Positions 44,393 through 53,473 of a stretch of DNA of 64,000 bases are shown piece after piece. The stretch comes from Bacteroidales bacterium. Its GTDB lineage: Bacteria; Bacteroidota; Bacteroidia; Bacteroidales; GCA-2748055. Both the position numbers and the translations under genes were made by a program. Where the stretch lies: contig JAGLOO010000035.1 in NCBI GenBank assembly GCA_023138875.1, forward strand, positions 1,722 to 65,721, written 5' to 3'. Position 1 is the first letter of the stretch, and the number at the start of each line of letters is the position of its first letter. The notes under the pieces are model-generated. The model did not search any database and was not told where the DNA came from. It was given only the letters and a program-made list of their open reading frames with translations.

Positions 44393-46768
44393 TCATAAGA
44401 CCACCATCGACCTGCTGGTTGATCCTTCCTTTGTTATCAGTCTATAAATGTATACTCCTGGTCTGACTGGCTGGTTATAATCATCTGTCCTGTCCCAGAC
44501 CATGTGATGTATTCCTTTATCTCTGAACCCTTCAAGAAGCGTTTTGATCTTTCTCCCACTCATATCATATACAGCCAAAGAGGCTGTGCCCGGTTCTGTC
44601 ATCCTGAAACGAATTTCAGTTTGCATGGAGAAAGGATTGGGATGGTTTTGTAATAATTGTATTGACGGATTTGTTACAGATGGCTGATAAACAGAGGAAA
44701 CAGTAGAAAGATCAATATGGACAATTGTTCCTGCCCGGCCTGCAGTCCACCCGGTTTTAGCATCAGGGAAGGATACAGATTTCAGGGCGGTCAGGGTTGC
44801 TTCATGATCAATCTTCTCCCATGAGGCTCCGCCATCCAATGTATGGTAGATATTGCCCCACTCTCCCACCATCCAACCGTTTAAGGAATCTATAAAACAG
44901 AGATCGGTGAAGGTCCGGCCGGTTACATAATTCTCAGTCCAGTTCTCACCCCCATCGGTTGTATTAAAAGTGCTACCACCACATATTGTACCATGAAGAT
45001 TATTGGAAAAACCGATATCATATGCATTTCTCCAAAATTCGGGTTTCGGTATTTCCATCCATGTGTCTCCTCCATCCTCTGTTTTCAACAGGTCTTGCTG
45101 AGCTCCAAGGATCCAACCGGTGTTCTCGTCCTGGAAAAGGAGGGTGCCTGATTTGATGGCAAATCCGACGGTAATGGTTGCCTGCTGACCTGTACTCACC
45201 ATTTCCCAGGTTGCACCGGCATTGATGGTTTTAAGGAGCTGTACATGGCCCTCCGGATAAGTGAATACATCCGTCAGTGCCCATCCGTTCTGATTGTCAA
45301 GAAAAAAGAGGTCGACGATTTGACCCTCGGAAACGCCCTGACCCTGTTGTGTCCATGTTTTGCCTCCATCGCCGGTAAACAATATTCCCGAAGTTTGAGA
45401 TGCACTGACATCCACTACATATCCCACCGCCCAGCCGGTGGTTTCGTTCACAAATTGAACCGCATTAAGTCTGAGAGCGACAGCCCACACATCCGATCGA
45501 AAAGAGTACTGTTCCTTCCAGTGCTCTCCGCCGTCATCGGTATGCAGGATGACCTGCGCCCACTTGTCGGGACTGGTACTTTTCCGACCGACCACCCACC
45601 CAAGAGAGGGCGTGATAAAGAACACATCCTCAAAATTGTACAGTGTATCGATCAGGACCTGTGTGAATAAATGTTCTCCATATCTATCCCCATAATCTCC
45701 CCAGGGATCGGTTGATTCCACCTTGTATCCGTCATCTCCCATCGCAATGACCTTATCTTCAAATACAGCCAGTCCGTACAATCCCAGAGAATAGTTCTCT
45801 TCCATCCGGATTTTTTGCCATGTATCTCCTCCATCCATGGTCCTGAATACGGGCGGTCCCCACGCGGCAATATAGTCCGCTCCCACTGCATAACCTTTCA
45901 GCGAATCGACAAAATCAACCTGCCAGAGAACTTTATCTTCTCCCATACGCTCCCAGCTATCCCCGCCATCTGAAGTCCGGAATATGGCTCCTCCTTTTTC
46001 ATCCGAGCGCGATGCAAAACCAACCATAAAACCATGGGCCTCATCCGGGAATTCAATATCGGTAAAAACCATTTTCAGATCAGGACTATACTTTTCTATC
46101 CATGTCTCACCTCCATCATCGGTAAAGTAAGCCGCACAATAGGTATCGGCAAATACATCGATATTTTCATTCTTCACTCCCAGCGCCCAACCTTCCATGT
46201 TGTTTTTAAAATAGAGGCGGTGAATAATCCCGGCATCAGGCGGAAGGTCCTGCTCCACCCAGTTTTCTCCGCCATTTGAAGTATGCCATACCCTGCCTCT
46301 CCACGCATCGGGTTCATCAAAAAGATAATGTATCTCCTCATTGGCCACCACCCATCCATGGGATGCATCTGGAAAATAGATGGTTTTAAAATTCAGTGCC
46401 GTACCAATATCCTTTTTGCTCCAGCTGGTCCCCCCATCGTCAGAATGCAAAAGAAGTCCGGTATTGCCAGCTGCCCAGCCATGGTCCGGGTCCGGGAAAT
46501 AAACATCCCACAGATCATCCGATACAGATACACCTTGCCGGTTCCAGCTGAGGCCTCCGTCGATGGTCTTCAGAATGGTACTTCTGTAAGCTTTCAGCGA
46601 CTGATCCCAGTGGGATTCACCAACAGCTATGCCCACATCACTATCGATCATGTGAAGTCCTTTTATATCATATTCCGTTTGCATAAATTGTTGGGTAACT
46701 GTCTGGGCATATAGTACGATGGAACTGCTCAATGCCAGAAGGTAAAGCATATGTCTAAGTCTATTCAT
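44393..46768 (-). CDS. Double beta-propeller BNR/Asp-box (Ycf48/sortilin-like) protein with T9SS type A C-terminal sorting domain
   Basis: It has a signal peptide and about 12 Asp-box motifs (S.DGG.[ST]W). The terminal ~89 aa (44396-44662) are LLQNHPNPFS..TEIRFR.......LAVYDMSGRKI..L........H...WD.......PGVYIYRL........RSMVVL. Confidence 0.88.
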   Translation of the reverse strand: MNRLRHMLYLLALSSSIVLYAQTVTQQFMQTEYDIKGLHMIDSDVGIAVGESHWDQSLKAYRSTILKTIDGGLSWNRQGVSVSDDLWDVYFPDPDHGWAAGNTGLLLHSDDGGTSWSKKDIGTALNFKTIYFPDASHGWVVANEEIHYLFDEPDAWRGRVWHTSNGGENWVEQDLPPDAGIIHRLYFKNNMEGWALGVKNENIDVFADTYCAAYFTDDGGETWIEKYSPDLKMVFTDIEFPDEAHGFMVGFASRSDEKGGAIFRTSDGGDSWERMGEDKVLWQVDFVDSLKGYAVGADYIAAWGPPVFRTMDGGDTWQKIRMEENYSLGLYGLAVFEDKVIAMGDDGYKVESTDPWGDYGDRYGEHLFTQVLIDTLYNFEDVFFITPSLGWVVGRKSTSPDKWAQVILHTDDGGEHWKEQYSFRSDVWAVALRLNAVQFVNETTGWAVGYVVDVSASQTSGILFTGDGGKTWTQQGQGVSEGQIVDLFFLDNQNGWALTDVFTYPEGHVQLLKTINAGATWEMVSTGQQATITVGFAIKSGTLLFQDENTGWILGAQQDLLKTEDGGDTWMEIPKPEFWRNAYDIGFSNNLHGTICGGSTFNTTDGGENWTENYVTGRTFTDLCFIDSLNGWMVGEWGNIYHTLDGGASWEKIDHEATLTALKSVSFPDAKTGWTAGRAGTIVHIDLSTVSSVYQPSVTNPSIQLLQNHPNPFSMQTEIRFRMTEPGTASLAVYDMSGRKIKTLLEGFRDKGIHHMVWDRTDDYNQPVRPGVYIYRLITKEGSTSRSMVVL

Positions 46769-47090
46769 ATCTGAGATGTTTTGGATTTATCAATAAAGGA
46801 TCCATTATAAGATGATATGTCTAAGGAATTAAAAACGTTAGCAATTTGAAGAACAGAATTGAAACTAAATATAGAATTTGTTGCATTTATATCATAAATT
46901 GTAATATCCATCAATTTTGATTGATTAAACCACTACCTATGATCCTTTAGCAACAAAAAATGATGCTAATAATAATTAGAAACGAATTCGATATCCAATA
47001 CTGTACAGATTATAAGGCTTTTCGTTTTGTTCATGACATTGATTTCAATTCTCCAAAAAACTATTTTTATACCCTAACTCAACTATCCTC

Positions 47091-50000
47091 ATGCAATTAA
47101 GTCGAAAATTTCTCTTGCCGGTATCTATATCTGTACTGCTATTCTTCATTCAGCCAGGTGCATTTGCATTTAACGGATATTCCCCTCCCGATACAACCAA
47201 AGCACATCATATCTATACGAAAGCTATTGAGAAGTATGAAGAGGGTGATCTTTCTGAGGCTATAGGAATGTTTGATGACGCAGCCAGGCAGTTCAGGAAA
47301 AAAAAGATGTGGGAAAGGGTGATTGATTGTCACCTGTACATAATCAAAGCCAGGAGTTTGAATGCAGATGAGGAGGGGCTTATCGACTTCTGCAGGGCGA
47401 CTCAGGAATTATCTGAGGAGAAGCTTGGAGAAGACCACCCGGTTACAGGAGATTGCCACAACAGGCTTGGAGAACTTTACTACTATGGGCATCAGCATGA
47501 CCTGGCAAAGAAAAGCTTTGAAAGTGCCATGAAAATCTACTCCTGTGATCCGGGTCCTGAATCATTGGCTATGGCAAAGCTTTATTCAAATATGGGAGGA
47601 TTGAAAATGAATCTTTCTGAATACGACAGTGCAAAGATCTTTATTCAAAAGGCACTCGATATACAATTGGAACTGCTTGATACACTGGATATAAAATTAT
47701 TGCACACCTATAATACATATGGGATTTTGCACTATTATCTGGGGAATATGGACCAGGCCATTGACAATTTCGATAAGACTTTACAAATTCGACTTAATAA
47801 ATATGGAGAAACCCACCACGAGGTTGCTAAGAGCTACAATAACCTTGGTAGTGCCTATGAGAAAAAGAAGGCGTTTCAAAGGGCAGTGGACCTTCATCAA
47901 AATGCATTGAATATCCGCAGGACTACGCTTGATAGCCTGCATCCAAATATTGCATTGTCATTGAATAACCTCGCGAATGCCTGGTTCGGTCTGGGCGAAT
48001 ATGAAAAATCGAACGAATACCATTTTGAAGCATTGCGGTTAAGAAGAAGGATCTTTGGCGACGATCACAGAGATATCGCCATGAGTTATGCAAACATTGG
48101 ACATAATTTGCTCCTGCAGGACGATCCGGTTCAAGCAACATACTATTTCAGGAAGGTAGTCCCCATCATGATCAACCTTTACGGAACTGATCATCTGTTA
48201 ACCTCGGATGCATACGCAAACACAGGATTACCTTTCTACTATACCGGTGCGTATGACAGTGCATTCCATTACCTGTTCAAGGCGCTGAGGATCAGGGAAA
48301 ATATTCAGGATGGCATCAATTTGAGTGTGGCCAGGAGTTATAATAATATCGGAGCCCTGTATAAAGAAAACCGTGATTACGAGCTCGCGTTATCCTATTA
48401 CAACAAAAGTGCTGAGATCTATGAAATCCTTCTCGGTGAGAATTGTAATCCTTTGGCCGGATCCTATAATAACATAGGGGAAGTATACCTTGAAACAGGC
48501 GACTTGGATATATCTTATGATTATTTCAGGAAATCATTGGATATTGACATTTCGAATTTCGGTCCCGATAATCCTCAGTTGGCCGGCAGATACCTTAATC
48601 TGGGAGCGGTAGCTGCCGAGATGGGCAGACATGCAGAATCAATTGAATATAATAAAAAGGCCCTGAAATACCATGTAAGCGCTTATGGTGAGAATAACAC
48701 GCTGGCCAGCTCTATCTATAGCAATATGGCCATGGATTATGTTGAGATGGATAGCCTTGATATAGCTTTGGAATACCTGGACCATGCCATTGACATACTA
48801 AAAGAGATCCATGGCGAAAACCATTTTGGCCTCTCCTCTCATTATACAAAACTGGGACAAGTACTGGCAGATATTGGTGAAAATGAGGAAGCTTTGAAGA
48901 TTTTTCTGAAGGGATTGTCGGTTAATTATTTCGGGGAAATAGATGTGGCTAACCTGGAGGATACGGATACTGAAAAGATAAAGGACAAAAACCGGTTTAT
49001 TGAATCCCTGGTTGCCATCACCGAGTTTAATAAGTCACAACTCTCTGAAAATGATAGAAGTAAGCTGCTGGCAAAGAACCTGATTCTTTACGAACTTATC
49101 GCCGATATTACTGTAAAACTCCGGGAGACATACAAGTTGGAAATATCGAAGTTACAAGCTTTAAATGAGTGGGATTACCTCTATTCGAAAGCCTTTGAAA
49201 CAGCAGCCGGCTTGTATGAAATAACTGGTGATGAGCTTGATTTCAATAAAGCATTTCGTTTTGCAGGCCTGAAGAAGAGTTCCGCTTTAACTGATGCAAT
49301 TCTTATGAGCCAGGCGATGGAGAATTCAGGTATTCCTGATACTGTTGTCCTCGCAGAAAAATCCCTTCATTCAAGATTGGAAGGGCTAAGGCAAAACCTT
49401 CTTGAAACAGACAACACCGATGTTGCAGGTGACAGGATCAAGACAATTGAAAACGAGATAAACAGCACAACCATCAAGCTAAATGAGTTATATATTTTCA
49501 TCGAGAAGGAGTATCCGGATTACAACAACCTTAGATCCCGTTATCCTGAATATATGCCTGCAGAGATCAGTGAATTATTGGATAACAAAACTCTGTTGCT
49601 TGATTTTATTGTTGTCGAATCTTCCGTTTATTCACTGGTAATAAGCAAAAAAGGCAGGTGGCTTGAAAAAGCAGAGGTACCGGCAGATTTCAATGTCAGG
49701 GTGAACGACCTTCTCAGATCGGTGAAGAAATATCGAACAGGAGACTTCATTTCTCAATCAAAGGAGGTTTACAACATGCTGCTACAACCCCTGGAAAAAC
49801 ATTTCACGGGAATTGAAAAAATCATTACAATCCCGGATAGTTATCTGCTCTTATTGCCATTCGACATATTGATCAATAGTGAGAATACAGAGAACAACCT
49901 TGACCTGACATCCCAGGACTATCTCATTAAACGGTTCGAAACTGTTTCACACTACTCCACCGACCTGTGGGTAAGATCTTACCATAAAAATCATACTGAA

Positions 50001-50741
50001 AGCACAGTTGATTCATGCTTTTCAGGATTCCTTGGATTCGCTCCAGTATTTGATGCCAGCCCGGATAATCAGGAGGTTATCATGACTGAACGAGGCTCTT
50101 TATATACCGACAGGGCCGTGGTAGACAGGATGTCACTGCGGGAACTGCCTTTTTCCGGGCAGGAGATTGATACTCTCGTGTCTCTGTTTTCCCGACATGG
50201 AATAGAGGCCAGGGGAGTGTTAAGATCCGAAGCTACTGAAGAGATGTTCAGGGCATCCTCAGGGAACTATAAGTATGTCCACCTCGCAACTCATGGATTG
50301 ATAAATCCTGAAAAACCGGAACTATCAGGACTGGTTTTCTGGAAAGAGACCGTTGATACTATTGGTGATATGTCACAATTACTTATAGCCGAGAAAGAGA
50401 ATGACGGGGTGCTCTATACAAAGGAGATCTATAACCTTGATCTGAATGCCAGCCTGGTTACACTTAGCGCATGTGAAACAGGTGCCGGTAAGCTGGTAAA
50501 AGGGGAAGGGTTGCTGTCATTTGTTCGGGGATTCACCTATTCGGGGATTCCCAACATGTTGATCTCCTACTGGAAAGTTAATGATAAAACCACTGTAGAT
50601 TTTATGTATGATTTCTACGAGGGAGTACTTTCGGGAGACTCATACTCAGCGGCTTTAAGAAAGGCTAAACTTGCTGCCATATCAAACAAATCCACATCAT
50701 TCCCCGCCTCGTGGGGAAACTTTGTTCTTATCGGAAACTGA
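47091..50741 (+). CDS. Exported tetratricopeptide-repeat protein with C-terminal CHAT (caspase-like) protease domain
   Basis: The N-terminal signal peptide is MQLSRKFLLPVSISVLLFFIQPGAFA. About 550 aa of TPR units follow (recurring A.SYNN[IL]G..Y....Y..A..Y). The C-terminal CHAT domain has a His/Cys dyad context YVHLATHG and LVTLSACETG. Confidence 0.85.
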   Translation: MQLSRKFLLPVSISVLLFFIQPGAFAFNGYSPPDTTKAHHIYTKAIEKYEEGDLSEAIGMFDDAARQFRKKKMWERVIDCHLYIIKARSLNADEEGLIDFCRATQELSEEKLGEDHPVTGDCHNRLGELYYYGHQHDLAKKSFESAMKIYSCDPGPESLAMAKLYSNMGGLKMNLSEYDSAKIFIQKALDIQLELLDTLDIKLLHTYNTYGILHYYLGNMDQAIDNFDKTLQIRLNKYGETHHEVAKSYNNLGSAYEKKKAFQRAVDLHQNALNIRRTTLDSLHPNIALSLNNLANAWFGLGEYEKSNEYHFEALRLRRRIFGDDHRDIAMSYANIGHNLLLQDDPVQATYYFRKVVPIMINLYGTDHLLTSDAYANTGLPFYYTGAYDSAFHYLFKALRIRENIQDGINLSVARSYNNIGALYKENRDYELALSYYNKSAEIYEILLGENCNPLAGSYNNIGEVYLETGDLDISYDYFRKSLDIDISNFGPDNPQLAGRYLNLGAVAAEMGRHAESIEYNKKALKYHVSAYGENNTLASSIYSNMAMDYVEMDSLDIALEYLDHAIDILKEIHGENHFGLSSHYTKLGQVLADIGENEEALKIFLKGLSVNYFGEIDVANLEDTDTEKIKDKNRFIESLVAITEFNKSQLSENDRSKLLAKNLILYELIADITVKLRETYKLEISKLQALNEWDYLYSKAFETAAGLYEITGDELDFNKAFRFAGLKKSSALTDAILMSQAMENSGIPDTVVLAEKSLHSRLEGLRQNLLETDNTDVAGDRIKTIENEINSTTIKLNELYIFIEKEYPDYNNLRSRYPEYMPAEISELLDNKTLLLDFIVVESSVYSLVISKKGRWLEKAEVPADFNVRVNDLLRSVKKYRTGDFISQSKEVYNMLLQPLEKHFTGIEKIITIPDSYLLLLPFDILINSENTENNLDLTSQDYLIKRFETVSHYSTDLWVRSYHKNHTESTVDSCFSGFLGFAPVFDASPDNQEVIMTERGSLYTDRAVVDRMSLRELPFSGQEIDTLVSLFSRHGIEARGVLRSEATEEMFRASSGNYKYVHLATHGLINPEKPELSGLVFWKETVDTIGDMSQLLIAEKENDGVLYTKEIYNLDLNASLVTLSACETGAGKLVKGEGLLSFVRGFTYSGIPNMLISYWKVNDKTTVDFMYDFYEGVLSGDSYSAALRKAKLAAISNKSTSFPASWGNFVLIGN

Positions 50742-50747
50742 TTTGTC

Positions 50748-51290
50748 TCAGAACCGGTATCCAACTTTAATCCCGGCTTTATCCATGTAGGCCTTAGGAT
50801 CAAAGAAAAGAAATACACCCCTGGTAGCTGAAATACCGACATAGAAATCCCTAATAAAATACTGGAAGGATACCTCAACCGCCCAATAGGACCAGATCTC
50901 ATTATAATCATCAGGAAATAACACATCATAAAGAAAGTTCAGCTGGAATCTGAAATTCTTTGAGAAATGAAGCATATATGACGGCGAGAGACCCAGGAAG
51001 AACCTGTTTTTCTCCGGATGACTCCAACCATCACCCGTAAGAACATACTCGCGATAAAAACCGGTACGTACACCGGCATAAAAGCGGTGATCTCCAAAAC
51101 CGAAAATGTCCCGCTCGTAACCAATGGAAAAGTCAGGATTGGAAGTATAATACTTCTCAGTTCCTCTTTTTTCAAGGTGATGATTCAGAAGTATGAATAC
51201 ATTGTTCTTCTGAAGGTATTCTTCCTTTGGCTGCCCTGTGGCAGTCTGGAAAAGAAAAACGAAGATGAGTATGACCGGTATCTTCTTCAT
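50748..51290 (-). CDS. Small exported protein, outer-membrane beta-barrel-like (hypothetical)
   Basis: It has a signal peptide, alternating aromatic/Gly strands and a C-terminal ..GIKVGYRF with terminal Phe. Confidence 0.55.
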   Translation of the reverse strand: MKKIPVILIFVFLFQTATGQPKEEYLQKNNVFILLNHHLEKRGTEKYYTSNPDFSIGYERDIFGFGDHRFYAGVRTGFYREYVLTGDGWSHPEKNRFFLGLSPSYMLHFSKNFRFQLNFLYDVLFPDDYNEIWSYWAVEVSFQYFIRDFYVGISATRGVFLFFDPKAYMDKAGIKVGYRF

Positions 51291-51321
51291 GGTTATTGCT
51301 CTGATTTTGCTGTTTCAATAA

Positions 51322-51888
51322 TCAGTTGAGAATAAATCTGTATCCGATTGAAGCCGTTATCGGGAATAAACCGGTTTGAAACTCAGCACCATAGTCGTTC
51401 TCCAGGTGCTCTATATAATCATCGACCTCTGAACTTCTGATGGGCACAAATATGGCAAATGACCAATAGCCCCTTTTCAAAGGATTGAGGTGAAAGTCAA
51501 TCCCACCCCCCAGGGTGGGACCATAAAACAGTCTGTTGTGCTGCGATGCATTCAATACAGCTATGGCTGCATTGTATCCATACATGACCAGTCCAAATGG
51601 GTGAACTTTAGAATCAGGCTTATCAGGTACATACCTGAATTTCACACCTGCGTTAAATCCCACGCCGGCAAGGGCATACCCCACTCCACCAAACAGTCCG
51701 ACACTTTTAGCCGGATAATACGTCACATTTCCCCCAAAGCCTCCATAATCCAGCCCTCCGCCAATTCCGATTGATATCTGATCCAATTGCCTGGTTGTTT
51801 GAAATGGATATTGTATTGATGCATCTTGGGCATTTAGCTGAAATGCCAGCAGCAAGATCAATGCAGTAATTTTGAGGTTTCTCATCAT
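51322..51888 (-). CDS. Small exported protein, outer-membrane beta-barrel-like (hypothetical)
   Basis: It has a signal peptide, Gly/Tyr-rich strands (GGGLDYGGFGGNVTYY, GVGYALAGVGFNAGVKFRY) and the C-terminal SIGYRFILN. Confidence 0.55.
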   Translation of the reverse strand: MMRNLKITALILLLAFQLNAQDASIQYPFQTTRQLDQISIGIGGGLDYGGFGGNVTYYPAKSVGLFGGVGYALAGVGFNAGVKFRYVPDKPDSKVHPFGLVMYGYNAAIAVLNASQHNRLFYGPTLGGGIDFHLNPLKRGYWSFAIFVPIRSSEVDDYIEHLENDYGAEFQTGLFPITASIGYRFILN

Positions 51889-51927
51889 GCTTTTTTTAGG
51901 TTCAGTATTTATGTTTATAAGCCAGGT

Positions 51928-52581
51928 TCACCTGTTAAGTAAGTCAAACCTAACCATTATTTTTAATAATGTCCAACTGCTATTTAAGTCATTATCACCA
52001 AAAAAGTACCGGTAGGATGTTCCGACACCAATCAGATTCTGAAAGAAAAAAAAGTTTATTTCAGGTTCCACAAAGAACCCACCTTTGAACTTGAATTTCT
52101 CCACCTCACAGTCCTTACAATTTACAATCTCCTTCCGTCCGGAAAAACCTTCAAATCCAAAAGAGGTTCCTGCAGATACATTGAGATTCCGGTCTTTAAT
52201 CAATCCGAGCCCGGGTGTCCATATTCCGGCTTTGAAATCGTAGCTTAAGGTAGTAAACGAAGATTCTAATGTCCCCCAGGTTGTACTTTGTGTAAATGTG
52301 TTATAGTCTTTTATTCCTCCATACCCTAACGCACCAGAAATTCCTATCAAATGATATAATTTTGTGCATATCCCAATCTCGGTCATCCATGCTTTATTTG
52401 CAATATCCAGTTCATCAGATTTTCCATCCCTGATCGTTGTCATCGTAGGGGTTGTCATATACATGATAAACTGATGCTTTCCCCCATGTTCCTGGCATAA
52501 GGCATCGGGATGGATGGCGGACATTAAGAATATCAAAACATTCAAAAAAAGGATCCGGATTTCAGGTCTGGTATTCATCAT
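51928..52581 (-). CDS. Small exported protein, outer-membrane beta-barrel-like (hypothetical)
   Basis: It has an N-terminal hydrophobic leader and beta-strand periodicity. It is co-directional with its neighbours and separated from them by short gaps. Confidence 0.5.
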   Translation of the reverse strand: MMNTRPEIRILFLNVLIFLMSAIHPDALCQEHGGKHQFIMYMTTPTMTTIRDGKSDELDIANKAWMTEIGICTKLYHLIGISGALGYGGIKDYNTFTQSTTWGTLESSFTTLSYDFKAGIWTPGLGLIKDRNLNVSAGTSFGFEGFSGRKEIVNCKDCEVEKFKFKGGFFVEPEINFFFFQNLIGVGTSYRYFFGDNDLNSSWTLLKIMVRFDLLNR

Positions 52582-52692
52582 AGCTGTTCAGTTTTAAAGG
52601 TCAGTTTTCAACATTGCTTTCTTTTGATATGTTACGGGAATAGAAAACGTTACTTTAATCTGTACAACAATAAAGATAGTAACGGAATAGAT

Positions 52693-53451
52693 TTACCGGA
52701 TATAGATCTTTCCCGTGTGCAATGTCTCCTCATCATCGGTCAGTTGCCAGTAATACAAACCTTTTGGAAACTGCATGCAGATTATATAGGGTGAGGCTAT
52801 TTTGTCCTCGCGGAGAACTACGCCGCTGTTATTCAGGATTGCAAGAAATAGGGAATCGTTTTCCACTCCCCGAAATCTGACTTCAACAGATGAACCGGAT
52901 ATGCATTCGACACTGTCAGCTGGTGATTCCACTGTCAGATTACCAGAGCGTATATTAATCCCTATCTGGTTTTCATAGAAGGGATAAGCCTGGTATTCTG
53001 CCAGATATGTAATTTCCTTTTTTGGGATTATAATGACCTCCTCCTCACTTTTTTCAGTCAGGCCGGGAACATCATCCTCAGCTGGCTGAGGAGCCTTTAA
53101 TGTATCCGTTTGAATCTCTTCTAAAGCAATTTGAGAGGATCTGGATGGTGTGTCGCGGTTTGGAAGAAGGAAGAGTCCGACCACCAATGCTACACCTGCC
53201 GCGGCAGCAACATACCAGAAAATGAAAAAATGTTTTTTTAAGAGATCCCCTTTATGCCCACCAGTACGAAATGTTTCTCCGGCCGAATATTTCTGAATGG
53301 CATTGATGATCTCTTCCCTTTCCATCAGTTCGTTTCGGCATACAGCACAAGACAACAGATGCTCTTCAAAAATGACAGCCTCCTGATCTGATAACTCATT
53401 TCTGATAAACCTGTCAATCAATTCATCTCTATCTATCTTATTACAATCCAT
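52693..53451 (-). CDS. zf-HC2 anti-sigma factor with one TM helix and a C-terminal beta-sandwich resembling a T9SS type A sorting domain
   Basis: The zinc motif is EEHLLSCAVCRNEL and the TM is FFIFWYVAAAAGVALVVGLFLL. The last ~65 aa (VEVRFRG....LFLAILNNSGVVL.......PKGLYYWQL.......TGKIYIR) follow the strand pattern of the in-window type A CTD but lack its NPF motif. Confidence 0.7.
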   Translation of the reverse strand: MDCNKIDRDELIDRFIRNELSDQEAVIFEEHLLSCAVCRNELMEREEIINAIQKYSAGETFRTGGHKGDLLKKHFFIFWYVAAAAGVALVVGLFLLPNRDTPSRSSQIALEEIQTDTLKAPQPAEDDVPGLTEKSEEEVIIIPKKEITYLAEYQAYPFYENQIGINIRSGNLTVESPADSVECISGSSVEVRFRGVENDSLFLAILNNSGVVLREDKIASPYIICMQFPKGLYYWQLTDDEETLHTGKIYIR

Positions 53452-53473
53452 TGTCAGCAGCTATTTGATCTGT

